Source: Lophium mytilinum (Eukaryota). Taken from it: a DNA stretch of 64,000 bases. Positions 22,501 to 34,380 of this stretch are shown in pieces. Below the pieces are notes generated by a model. That model was given only the letters and a program-made list of their open reading frames with translations, made no database searches and was not told where the DNA came from. The stretch spans positions 1,426,001 to 1,490,000 of the forward strand of contig MU004183.1 of assembly GCA_010093605.1 (NCBI GenBank), written 5' to 3'. Position 1 is the first letter of the stretch; each line of letters starts with the position of its first letter. The position numbers were made by a program, and so were the translations under genes.

Positions 22501-23203
22501 CTAACGCGAAGGTAGAGTAAGTATTACTTCCAGCTAAAGGAGTTGATCATGGTGACTAACGAGAATCAGCGCTGTGCTACCTGTGAACGCCGAGGTCAAA
22601 TTCGCCCTATCTAAGAAAAATTCCAAGGGAGCAATTCTGGTAGTAGAGAACCCCATTACCAAAACATGGTTCGAGTCAGGAGAGACGTCGTTCAAACGAT
22701 GGATCGACGACAACGTAGACGCACTCAAATCGAACTGGGCGAAGGAGCTGGACCGAGGCTTGTGGCTCATCAAATCTCTGATCACAACGAAAACGGCGTA
22801 TATCAGTGTTCTCAACAGTCAGAAGAGTGAGCTCACTATTGGGGGTCACGTGACAGTTCCGGGATATGGAGGTGGAGGCGCCAATTTCGGAAAGACAAGC
22901 TCAATGAAGGTTGATGGGTGGGAAACCCATACATCCGGCCCTGTAAGTTTTCAGTCAGTGAAAACATAAGTAATAGCTTACTAAGTCGTCACAGGATGAA
23001 CAAAGAATCGTGTTCATGTCCGCTTATCGTTATGACAAAGGGAAGCTATGGGGGGTAAGCAATTGAATCAGTGGCAAATATAACGGAGATACTAACATCT
23101 ATAGATAAACCAAATTGAAAGCGCATTGACAGAAGATGAAGAATGCATTGCCATGATAGATAGAGATGGAAATATTATCCGTAATCCCTGGGTCGTCAAT
23201 TGA
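19502..23203 (+). CDS. Fusion protein: V8/glutamyl-endopeptidase-like (chymotrypsin-fold) serine protease - low-complexity linker - fungal gasdermin (RCD-1/HET-Q1-like) domain; 8 exons, 1094 aa
   Basis: Exons 19502-19751, 19810-20237, 20288-20351, 20406-22065, 22166-22516, 22570-22942, 22995-23054 and 23105-23203; all introns GT-AG and phase-compatible, total 3285 nt. Protease motifs: VTAGH, FDVGFV, DTFGGNSGSPV, GVHVYG. Gasdermin-like motifs: IYTEQM...GTAPWHP...KLGQLGCFNDDGTW, GAILVVENPI, FKRW..DN...L...GLWLIKSLITT, DGW..H...DEQRIVFMSAY. Confidence 0.8.
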
Positions 23204-23811
23204 GGTGGAGATTGATGTTGTGATGAGTGGTAGAGGGGAAGAGTTGAAGCGTACAGCGGGGGCTGTTTGGTATCCATGGTGTTGTTGGTTGAGCAGGGAC
23301 GTACGTGTGAAGGTTTTGGCAGAACATGTAGGTGCGTCTGGAGGTTTTGTGCGACATTGCGACTCGCCAAGTGAGGGCGAACCAAGGTTGTGTGATGTCT
23401 TCAACCCGGGATGGAGTAGACATTAGCAGACGAAAAAAGACAAGGAGTGGAGTTGATCTGCCAGGCATCCCACTAATGAGGCTGTACCAACATGCTACCA
23501 TCCCTATTAGGTAACGCGTCGTTGGAAGTTAAGATTTCCCCCTCCTCCAACCACGACGCGTCCTGCAACCCCACGTGCAAAGATGTTCAACCAGCGTTCG
23601 TTGCGTCTCCCATCCATGGCGCAGTACTCTCGCCGAGCGCAGTCGTTCATCTCCGTCTGGCATGCTGTTCCTGACGTCAGTCCCTGTATATTCACCGCAA
23701 GGTAGGTCCCACGTGCTCCGTGGTATGTGCGCGACGAGTTATAAAAGAGCGCAGAGGCAACAGATAAAAGCCTGCACGTAACTTTGCACCTTCAATTGAA
23801 CATCCTTCAAG

Positions 23812-25481
23812 ATGCTATTCCACGCACTTACAGTCTTTTCCGCTATCGGCCTGCTGCAAGCCTCATTTGCGAATCCCATTACAGAGCGCGCCGATGCGCC
23901 TGTAGTCTCCCGGACGACCTGCAATGGCAAGACTTTCACCTACAAGGAGCTCGCTGGGTACGGTTTCCTGCCATCGGATACCCGGGACAAGACTGGAGAC
24001 ACGCTTGGTGGGATCGGGAGCTCCATTGCGCTCGATCTGAAATCGTGGACGAAGCTCAATGGAAGCCATGGGAAGGGTGATATATACGAGGGAATCCTGT
24101 ACGCCCTGCCAGATCGCGGATGGAATACCCTTGGGACACAGAATACGCAGTCGAGGATCCAAAAGCTCGCCATCATGCTCGAGCTCGCGAACAACGCGAC
24201 CGTTAGCAATCCGTCTGGCCCGAATTTCCACATCAAGTATCTCGATACGATACTTCTGTCTGGTCCTGATGGCACGCCGTGCACTGGACTTGATGCGGAT
24301 GTGACGGGCCATTTGTCCTTCCCTGGGTTTCCTGATCTGCCGGTTGCTACGTACTCTGGGGATGGCTTCGGTGGGCCTGGTAAGGGCGGCAAGCGTATAT
24401 CGGTCGATGCTGAAGGGTTGGTCCTAGCTAGCGATGGCTCATTCTGGGTCAGTGATGAATATGGGCCGTACGTGTATCACTTCGACAAGAAAGGAAAGAT
24501 GGTAGGCGCCATTAGGCCACCCGACGCCTTCATTCCATTCCGCAACGGCACGGAGAGGTAAGAAAATCCCAAGCAAGTATTGAACTCCCCTTTATACTCA
24601 CACTCTTCCAGCTTCAGTGCCGACTCCCCACCGTTATACGCCTTGAACAGCACAGTCACTCCCGCAGATCCCGATAGCGGCCGCCAGAACAACCAAGGCT
24701 TCGAGGGTCTGACAGCCAGTCCGGACGGCAAGTCTCTCTACGTGCTGATCCAATCTGCACTTGAGCAAGAAGGCGGCACGAAGAAGTCTCATCGCCGTAA
24801 CGCCCGTCTGCTCCAGTACAGCCTCTCCAAGCACGGCAACGCTGAATACGTAGCCGAGTACGTCGTGCAGCTGCCCATCTTCGGCGATAACCAGGTCACC
24901 GCCCAGTCGGAGATTCACTACATCTCGCCTACTCAGTTCCTAATTCTGGCCCGCGACTCCGGCGCCGGCCATGGGCAGCCCAACTCTGAGTCCGTCTACC
25001 GTCACGCGGATGTCTTCGACATCTCCAATGCTACGAATGTGAAGAGCGCTGCGGATGATGCTACTGGTGGTGCCATTGCGAGCACCAAGGGCGTGCTGAA
25101 CGCGGGTATCGTGCCTGCGACGTACTGCTCGTGGCTCGACTACAACGTCAACGCGCAGCTGAACCTTTTCGGAGTGCACAATGGTGGTGCGCAGGACGCG
25201 GGTCTGTTGAATGAGAAGTGGGAGTCTCTAGCTCTGGCACCAATTAGCAACATTCATAGGGATGAGTATTTCTTGATCTCGTTCTCGGACAACGACTTCA
25301 TTACCCAGAATGGTACGTCTTTCCTCGTATGAGCTCTTGACGCGTGCGGTGTTTTGCTAATGAACACGCAGGATTCATCAATTTCGGGAAGGATCCGTAC
25401 AAGGATAGCTCTGGGTTTAACCTCGACAATCAGGCGCTCGTGTTCAGGGTGAAGCTGCCCAAGGGATCGAAGCCGGCGTGA
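23812..25481 (+). CDS. Secreted phytase-like / esterase-like beta-propeller protein, 3 exons
   Basis: Signal peptide and motifs GDTLGGIGS, ALPDRGWN, DAEGLVL...FWVSDEYGPY, NNQGFEGLT, NEKWESLAL, SDNDF. Introns at ~24558-24611 and ~25313-25371. Confidence 0.9.
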
Positions 25482-27689
25482 GCGATGAAGTTGCTCGTAT
25501 CATCGGGGGTTCCTTGCTATGATGAGGAAGGGGGTTGGTTTCAAGAAAAGTGATAAGCATTATGTCGGTCTCGCGCTTGCAGCGATTACCTTGGAATCAA
25601 CTGTCGAACCACATCATCCAACGTCCTATAATAAACGTGATGAATACAGCATCTCCTTGCACGACGAGTCTTGCTCACAAACAGCACTCGCACACCGATC
25701 ACAGCATCGAGGGCGCCGCAACACCCCCAACTCTCAGCAGCAATGCACCCGGGCATGCGGAGACCCAGGCCTCGACACATGGCACCCATTTCGTCGCGGC
25801 TGTCATGCCTCTCATGCACACGAATAATATCCCCTTGAGCGCTAGCTTCGTCTGACTCGCACTTTAGATGCCTCAATCTTTAAGCGGCGGAAACAGCAAC
25901 AAAAGTGGATGGATTCTGGGGATGCTCGGGAAGGGCCCGAGGAGGTGGATCATCTTCTCCGGATCAGCGTACTAATTACCCCAGCTTTTCTGCTCGGGGG
26001 CCCTAATTCTTTAGAGCATATCGGACCGCGGAGGGGAGTGTGGCCAACAGGTGCACTGCACGGGAGAATTTCGGTAGATGGAGGTGACGGTCACGGGAAA
26101 ATTATCAGGTGGGCGGTGAGCTAAGAAAACTGCGGGCGCTAAAGGATGCCTATCAATCCCCTCCTCTGTTTATGATTCAAGGTGTACTCTGCCTCTCAAA
26201 AGTTTACTGAATAGCAGACGCTAAACAGCGCGTGAACGACACTCAGTGGAAAAGCACAATCGTCTCAAAGATCTCATCTGGACATGTACGATGATTCACC
26301 ACCGACAAACTGCCGAAAATAGTCTTTGGACAGATGCACTACTGTATAAACTAGCATACCATCCGTCTGGACTTGACGACAGATGCAGCCCCGCGTCTGC
26401 TGTGGAAGATCTCCGGGGCCGACAACGTGGTCGATCAGATCTTTGAAGCTTCGTTTGGCCATGAGGGGTCTATTGGGAGGACGATCACAGTAGCGTGGTG
26501 CTATACAGGCCGATGCACGGATGGGGTCATACGCGGAAATCCAGACCAATCTGATATGCTGCGCAGGATCTTCACGGATACACCGACAGCTGCTAATCAA
26601 TCGGGCTTTCTTTCCTTCTTGACATCCAAAACGGCGTCAGCACTCAGAACCCAGCACACAAACCCCAGAGTTTCAGAAGACGATTGCATCGTGGGTGATC
26701 CCATGAACGCAGCCAGGGTCTCTCAGTCGTGGCATGACTGGTTTCAGAAGGTCGTCTCGAAGCGGTCTACGGCCGTGATGGCTGACCAGGAGCATGCATC
26801 TCATCTCACGGCCTCTCCCTGGCTGCTAGAACAGATCTGCTGCGCATCATCCGACTCCATGTCAGCGGCGGCACCGGTGTCTATGTCGATTACTCTCTCT
26901 AGATGGTGGTGAGGGGGATGAGCAGTCCCGTTCTGGATGGCGACGACACCGCACATGACGGAGACATACGAGGCCCACGAGAGCATCTGGAGGTCAGCGA
27001 CCCACGGGCGAGGCCATCATGGACCGCCGAGAAAGTGGCCGGCGGATGGCTGCAGGTCCAGCGCTCTTCTGGCTGGTCGCCCACGTTGTGTGCGCCGCAA
27101 CGAGAGCTGAGTCGCCAGCATTCGTTTTGCTGTGCCGCCCACACGACTCACGTTGTTCGCCAACAAAGAAAACCTGACTCAAAGAACCTGCCGTGCCCGC
27201 TTCCCAATCATGGCCTCGGCGGCATCCGCGTCCATCGTCCCCGTCTCCAGGTTCCCTAGCACCTCGTATGTACCCTTCGCGCTGTTTGGCCCTTCTCCCC
27301 CGCATCTTCCCCAACCTGCCCCATTCTTTCCCCATGATCTGGAAGCGACCCAGCCCGCCCGAGCTGGCCACCCAGAGCGCGCGTTGAGAGCAGGCCTCTG
27401 GGCTTTTGAGTTGACGCTTGCGACTCAGCGTCCGGCAGACCTTCTCCGTATCACGCCAAACCTCAAACACTATCTTGTGGAGGCGCGGGATATAAAACTG
27501 CTCCTTCCCCACATCCCTGGGGTTGTTGGCATCTCGATCATCTGCTTCGACCTCGACCTCTCCTCCCCGAAGGATACCAGCGGGCCTCTACCTGGTCTCG
27601 TCTCTCCTCTATTGTGCTGTCTTTCCGACGCCAATTTCCCTCGTCGTTCATATATTTCAATCGTCTATTTCTATCTTAATTGAGCATTC

Positions 27690-29677
27690 ATGGCTTTGAA
27701 CGAGAAGACCGAACCCGTCATCATGACTGAACATAACGAGAAGGGTTCCGAAACGCGATCGGTGGACAAAGTTGACGAAGTGCATGCTGTGAAGAAGGTC
27801 CACGCCGACGGCACTGTCGACTTGGTTGATACGCATGCCATTGGCGGTGCTATGGAAGAAATGCCAAAGGGGTACTACTACAGTCCTCAATTCATGGGAA
27901 CGGTGCTCGCGATATGCCTCAGTTCAATATGCGCATATCTTGGATGGGTGCTACCGGCGAATACACTGTATGTTGACACTTCAAGTTCTTGCGCCGTGGT
28001 GGAACCTAATAGAGCTATAGTTTGCTCATCAACGAAGATATCGGACCCTCGCCTAACCTCAACTGGGTCGCCACCGTCTGGACACTGGGCACTGCCGTTG
28101 CTTTTCTCCTTGTTGGACGACTCTCTGATATCTTCGGCCGCAAATGGATGGTTATGAGCTCGAACGCTCTGGGGCTCATTGGTTGCATCATCGGCGCAAA
28201 CGCGCACAACATTAACACTTTGATCGGAGCAAACCTTTGCAATGGGTTGGCAGCTGCTGGTCAGCTGTCCTTCGGCATTGTGTTGGGAGAGCTTGTGCCG
28301 AACAAGCACAGAGGGCCATGGGTCACGCTTGTGTTCCTCTCGTCGCTACCTTTTGCTGGTGAGTTCAACCTATCTTACCCAACATGTATCATCATACTGA
28401 CTCCCAATCCAAGTGTTTGGCCCCATCATCGCGAGGACATTCATCCTCCAGACTGCCGCCAAGTGGCGATGGAGCTACTATCTCGGAATCATCATGTCCG
28501 GCCTGACACTCATTCTCTATCAGGTTTTCTACCACCCCCCTTCATTCAGCCAGCTGCACGTGCACGGCAAGTCGAAGTGGCAGATGTTCAAGGAACTTGA
28601 CTTCATCGGCATCTTCCTCTACATCGCCGGTCTTGTCATATTCCTAATCGGACTATCCTGGGGAGGCGGAGTTTACCCCTGGAAGAGTGCTGCGGTCATC
28701 TGCTCGCTCGTCCTCGGAGCTCTCACTCTGGTCGCTTTTGGTCTCTATGGTATGTTTCATCTTATAGTCCCTGCGCCAGTTCTTCCGACTCTAACAACCC
28801 CACAGAGGCCTTCGTCTTCAAGGGCCAAGCCCTGATGCCCCTCCGTCTCTTCAAGAACATCGAATATGTCGCCATCGTCATGGTCGCCACCATTGCCGCC
28901 ATGGTCTACTACTCCCTCACCGTCCTCTGGCCCACCATCATCGGAACCGTCTACACCACCAACGTCATCAAAATCGGCTGGCAGTCCTCCGTCGTCGGCG
29001 GCGGCGTCCTCCTCGGCCAAGCCGTTGGCGGCTTCGCCATCAGCTACATCCCCAAGGTCAAGATTCAAGTCATCGTGCTCGCCTGCCTGGCCACCGCTTT
29101 CCTTGGTGCGCAGGCCGCACTGAGCGTCGACAGCCACACCCGCTTCATCACCCTCGGCGTGCTCGGCACCTTCGTCGTCGGCTGGATCGACAACATCACC
29201 TTCCCCGGCGTGACCATGATCTACGAAGCGCAGGACATCGGCCTCGCAACCGGCATCCTCGGCTCCATCCGCGCCGTCGGCGGCGCCGTCGCCCAGGCCC
29301 TCTACGTCTCCATCCTCACCACCAAGGTCACCCAGTACCTCCCCGAGTACGTCGTGCCCGCAGCTGTCGGCGCCGGGCTCCCCGCCTCCTCCATCCCTGC
29401 GCTATTCGCCGGCATCACCGCCGGCAACTTCTCCGCTGTGCCGGACATCACGCCCGAGATCATCGCAGCGACAGGTGCGGCTGTCACGCACGCCTACGTG
29501 TCCAGCTTCCACATTGTGTTCTACGCCGTCATTCCGTTCGGCTGCTTGCTCATCTTCTTCGCGGCGCTGACGCCGAACTTCGAGAAATACTTGACGCATA
29601 ACGTGAGTCGGCGGCTGCAACATATGGGCAAGTTGGCCGCGGAGGGCAAGGATATCGAGGGCGAGGCGAACGTTTAG
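27690..29677 (+). CDS. MFS transporter, fungal trichothecene efflux pump (TRI12-like) family, 4 exons
   Basis: MFS motif A (GRLSDIFGRKW), LGELVPNKHRG, WRWSYY, DFIG, QDIGLATG and many TM segments. Introns near 27968, 28359 and 28750. Confidence 0.9.
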
Positions 29678-29859
29678 TGGAACTTGTGCGGTTTGTTATT
29701 TCTGTATATATGAACGCCGCTGTAATTATTGAGATGGGATTATGTTATGATATGACAGCGAGTGTGATTGGATGGAAAATATACCCATGGTTTACTGTTA
29801 AGATTAATGCTTTGGTCTGAAGTGTGTGTGTTCATGGTTTGATGTGAAGAAGGGATGTC

Positions 29860-30460
29860 GTGATGGATCACGGATCGCTCACGCGGAGGGTTGCAGCTGG
29901 CTTCCAAGACAAAGAGTTTTCTCTCCACTGTCAAGGGGACATGGGAAATTGCGGAAAAGCGTTCGCTCTGCTCGAGCTCCAGGACCACCTATCATCAAAC
30001 ACTTTCGAAGACATCCTCGAGATTTCTCTCACATCCTACATTCGTCGTCGCCCACAAGACTTTCGTTATTTGTCCAACGCCGGACTGCGGTTACGTCTAC
30101 CGGTCAACGCCTGACGCAACGGCTCGTACCTGTCAGAACTGCCTCGAAGTCACCTGCGCCGCCTGTCATGGTCAGCATGGCGCACTGAGCTGTGCTGCTT
30201 ATAAGGACCTCAAATCTGGCGGCGTGGAAGCATTTGAGCAATACAAGAAGACAATGGGCATCAAAGACTGTCCAATCTGCAAGACTCCGATAGAGAAGAC
30301 TGAAGGATGCAATCATATAACATGCGGGGGCTGCAAGGCGCACATATGCTGGGTATGTTTGAAGACTTTCAGAGAAAGCGGGCCATGCTACAATCATATG
30401 ACGGAAGCGCATGGAGGGATTGGTCTAGGTCATCTACGCGATATTCGCGACGATTGGTGA
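29860..30460 (+). pseudogene. 5'-truncated, frameshifted RBR (IBR-RING2, Ariadne-like) E3 ligase fragment
   Basis: CQGDMGNC...YIRRRPQDFRY in one frame continues as CPTPDCGYVY...CPICKTPIEKTEGCNHITCGGCKAHICWVC in another frame (shift near 30068). No RING1 or N-terminus; begins just after the MFS 3' end. Confidence 0.75.
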
Positions 30461-30511
30461 CTTGAATGATTTAAATGACGATGTATTTCCCGGTCTGTTG
30501 AGAGACCATTC

Positions 30512-32209
30512 TCAATCAAGAAAGACTATGGGTAAATTGAGGTAATGTAGACGGTCTTGTTGTTCTCGCCGATATCTTTCTCGAAATTCCTTATCTTCCA
30601 ACATACTCCACAGTTGCTTCTTCTTACATTTATCGTCGCCCATTCTGTGGTATCTCTTGTCGACCCTAGATTGTGATTTGACGCGTGCGGTTTCTTCCGA
30701 GCCTTTGCGCTTAGCTAGACGGGAATCAATGTTCAAAGGTCGTCTGTGGCTAGATGTTGGCTTTGTCTCTTTTTGCGGGTCACCAGTGTAGATTGTCTGG
30801 TGAACTGGAAGTTCGTCATCTGAGTTAAATGTTGGCAATTCCCATTCTCTCCCTAATCGGGTCCACGGCACCAGGTGACGGGTCACAAAGTCTCTGTGTT
30901 GATGCGTAGCCCAATATTGGATTTGGTCAATCAATGTCAGAAGCTCATATGCACGCCTTTGGGTGACGACGCGGCCGCTCCAGACTCTCTGGAAGATCTG
31001 GATCGGGTGTCAGTCACGCCGATGAGAAGGCGGTTGTCACTTACATAGACGTATTCGCTCACTCGCTTCTCCTCGACATGCACTGGGTGAACCCAATCGG
31101 CACATTTATGGTCTACCTGCTCTCGACGTCGCCGGTAGCCTACGTTGATATGCCACTGTGCACCATATGAGGTCAAAGCGAACACTTGGAAATTGCGGCT
31201 TCCGGGCGTTTGGTAGGTTGTAGGGACGCCTTTGAAGTCAGGCTTACGAGCCAGGCAGTCTAGCATATCGAGGTACGCAGCTCCGGCAGCGAGCGCTTGC
31301 CGCCGTGCGTCCCTACAGTCTCCAGCCCATCCTTTGGCCTCATACACACCCCATGGGAATATGAGGCTTGTGTCATCACGATCCATGCGGGGGTCCACGG
31401 CGAATTTGAATTCGGCATACAGTAGAGCGAGCTGATCCTCGCACAGTTGTCTGTCGGGGCCAGAAGCAGCCCGAGACTCTGGCGAGTCTTTCGGAAACAT
31501 TGAGAGACCAAATGTTGCATCAGGAATTCGTTTGACGGTATGAGACTCTCCGATGAGGGTGCCTTTGACTTCGTCGGTTTTGGCGACTTTAGCCCGAATT
31601 TCACGTTTGTCACTGCAACAGTGGTAAGCTTTGGAGTTCACCAAGAAATTGACTGATGGTGAACCTACGCTGCCAAATGAGGATCATCCCTGATTTTACC
31701 AAATACATCCGACCAAGCATCCGCTTCCCAGGCGTACTCGCTCTTAGTGAATCTTTCATTGTCCTGCATATGCTTTGCGAGGACTTCAGCACGCTTCGTT
31801 CGATCTACGTTGTTATCTCCATCTCTTCGAAGAGACGGGACGAACAACTTGCGGCCCTCGATTACACTATCCGGATCACAGGAGTCGTGGTAATATACTC
31901 CTTGTGCTTTCTGCGCGGCATCTTTCAGATCGTCTTTGTCGACATATCCGATGGGCTCATTCCTTAGCCAACGTGCAGTACTGTCATCTCATCAGTTCAT
32001 CTATCCACTCAATATGTTCCAGTACTACAGTACTTATCGCGTGCATAGTAGCTATCGATAGCCTTTTCAATATTTGTGTCGGACATTCCTGCAGTCATTT
32101 TCCGCATTGGAGGGAGATACGTGCTGAAGTTATCGCGGAATCCACGCAAGGCACGTCCCTCAAGCACATAACTCTCCCACGGGACATGATTTTTGTCTTG
32201 TCTATCCAT
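30512..32209 (-). CDS. Multi-exon hypothetical protein with a PD-(D/E)XK nuclease-like motif
   Basis: Collinear minus-strand ORFs separated by intron-like gaps. Motifs IPDATFGL...LIFPWGVYEAKGW...ARRQA...VFALTSYGAQWHINVGY...IFQRVWSG. Confidence 0.6.
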
Positions 32210-33730
32210 ATCTGAAACTTCGGTCTACGTGTCTAATCAGTGAAGTGTCTTGAAATAGAACTTTCTGTCAAAGTAAAGGGTTTCTAGTTGGATGAGGCGC
32301 AGGAGTACTGGTGAAACGGGGAAGCCTCCAAGCATCCCCAACAACTAGAGGACTTATCTCTCCTAGGCAGCGATGGAGCAGATGAGGAGGTAGGGGCGGA
32401 GTTGCGGCACAGCTGTCCCCGTGATCTCTCATCCAAAGTGGCTAAGCGCGCGCGAATTTCTTCATGCATTAATGGCCCAGCGAGTACAAGTTCGACTATT
32501 ATCCTAAGTAACATATTGTAGAGACCACGTTCAAGGATAAGGTAGCTTCAAAGGGTTTGAGGATGTAAGTCGCGACTTCTTCAGTGTCGAAAGCCCTGAA
32601 GAGATGCATGAGGGCTTCACTGTAGTCTCAGGATCTAGACAGGGTAATTTCCTGGGCACGAATGCTCCTGATCCTTCGAAAGGAGGTGGCTATGGCAGCT
32701 CTTCTCTGAAATCTGAATTCTTCGCCTCTTTCTGGTCAGTGAAGCTGACCACACCCTTAGCTTCTTTCTCAATCTACCCCTTTACTAAACGTCACTGCTC
32801 TATCTTGATATCAGACAATGACGAACTTACGAAACTCATACTTAGAGATCCAGCGATCCATCGTCGCTGTCGGATGCTGTGCTTCTTTGGCCTTCCAAAA
32901 CATGCCCTGAACTTCCATGGAAGTCCCATACACTCCAACTCTTCTCCAGGACCGTTCATCTTCAGTCTTCAAGATCAACCTAAAAGGAGCTCAACCTGAC
33001 TGACGAGGGCAGATCTGCAAGTATCAGACCAGTAAGGCCTGCTCTCTTCGTTGGATAATTTTAGAGACGTCAAGAGCGGTGCTGATACGACATTGCTGCA
33101 AAGTCGATTCCATTCCCATTTCGCATTCTTTTCCTATCAGGTCTACCAGTCCAGGACTGTATCCGTGTCTATCCCATATCTCAACACCGTCTAATCCGCG
33201 TCATGAAGTTCTTCTCAGACCTTACAAGCATTCAAGATGCCGTCACTCTAATCATAATTATGTTGAGGTAAGACGTTGATATTTGAAAACTGAAACCCGA
33301 GCAGAAATCTGGAGTCAAAAAGGAGCCGCAGTCAACTTGGGCGGCTATGAAAAGAAGAATAGATGACTTTCAAAAGCTAGCGATAGACAATGCATAGGAC
33401 GGATTTTCTGAGGCGGAGTTGCGGCATTACCGCACTCTAGTTTGACAAAACCACAAGTTTATTCATACCTCATTAGCCTGGCCAATGGAACGGCATCTAA
33501 AAGGATAAAATGGTTTCAAGGCAGTATGAAAGGAAGGCATATGAGCCAGACTGATCCAAGGCCTTCCTTGCGATTCTAGGAATTGACGCCTGCAAGACTC
33601 TAGCGGTGATACGTGTCGTGGGTGCTGGTGGATCATTAGAGTCTTCCATCCCAGGTCTATGCCCGCTTATTCTACTGGATCTACCGCATGACATAATTCC
33701 TAACTTCGCTGATACATGTTGATGGACTTA

Positions 33731-33954
33731 CAGCGCCTGCGCGCGTCCGATGAACTAGCGCGAATTTGAAGCCACAGCCAAAATATACGGTATTAGAGCG
33801 GAGGAAGCCCCTTTCTGGACTGATAATTACCAAGGCTGTGCTGAGTCGGCGAAGAGCTCTGTACCGCGACTTGTTATGATCAGATTATACCACTTTTGCG
33901 GCTTGATTTGGTGGCTGAAATCCGCGCTAGTTCACCGGACGCACGCAGGCGCTG
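33731..33954. mobile_element. 224-bp MITE (Tc1/mariner-derived) with ~45-bp imperfect TIRs and TA target duplication
   Basis: TA|cagcgcctgcgcgcgtccgatgaactagcgcgaattt ... aaatccgcgctagttcaccggacgcacgcaggcgctg|TA. Confidence 0.8.
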
Positions 33955-34380
33955 TACATTAGATATTGGTTGACGTGCAATAAGATCGACGACAAGAACC
34001 GAGAGGCGATATTAGATAGAACAACAAGTTTTAGAAGTGATCAATTACGCAGCGATTCCCTAACTCATGGTCGCTCCACCACTCGACCCATCCCTCTTTT
34101 GATTTCGTCCACATCAATCATCAACCGTTCATAGGTTGAAGTTCTTTCCTGCATGTAGTGGTGACTGCAGATCCACCACCGAAGATTTGTCCCAAGTAAT
34201 TGGCTTATTGAATACTCTAAGCGCCCAACATCAGTCTTCGAACGTGGCTGAGGCGGCACGGCGGCAACATGCATGACCATCCTAGTATCAGAGGCCGCAG
34301 CCTCCCAGGCAGTAGTAGCCCTCCACCTCACTTTTCTTGAGTCGGTCTTCGCGTTTTGTTCGTAAATTTTTTGCGTTACT

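Noticed and set aside
22143..22520. Independent gasdermin gene starting at ATG 22143
   Set aside because: The ATG lies inside a well-formed intron (22066-22165) that joins it in frame to the protease gene. The fusion model is preferred, although a separate start cannot be excluded without RNA data.
4500..23200. Starship-type giant element carrying the cluster
   Set aside because: No tyrosine-recombinase captain gene or boundary repeats recognised in the window.
25519..27683. ORFs of 100-180 aa upstream of the MFS gene
   Set aside because: Mutually overlapping, with non-ATG starts and no domain signatures.
27690..29677. Secondary-metabolite (trichothecene) gene cluster
   Set aside because: TRI12-like pumps are widespread, and no synthase or tailoring enzymes are present in the window.
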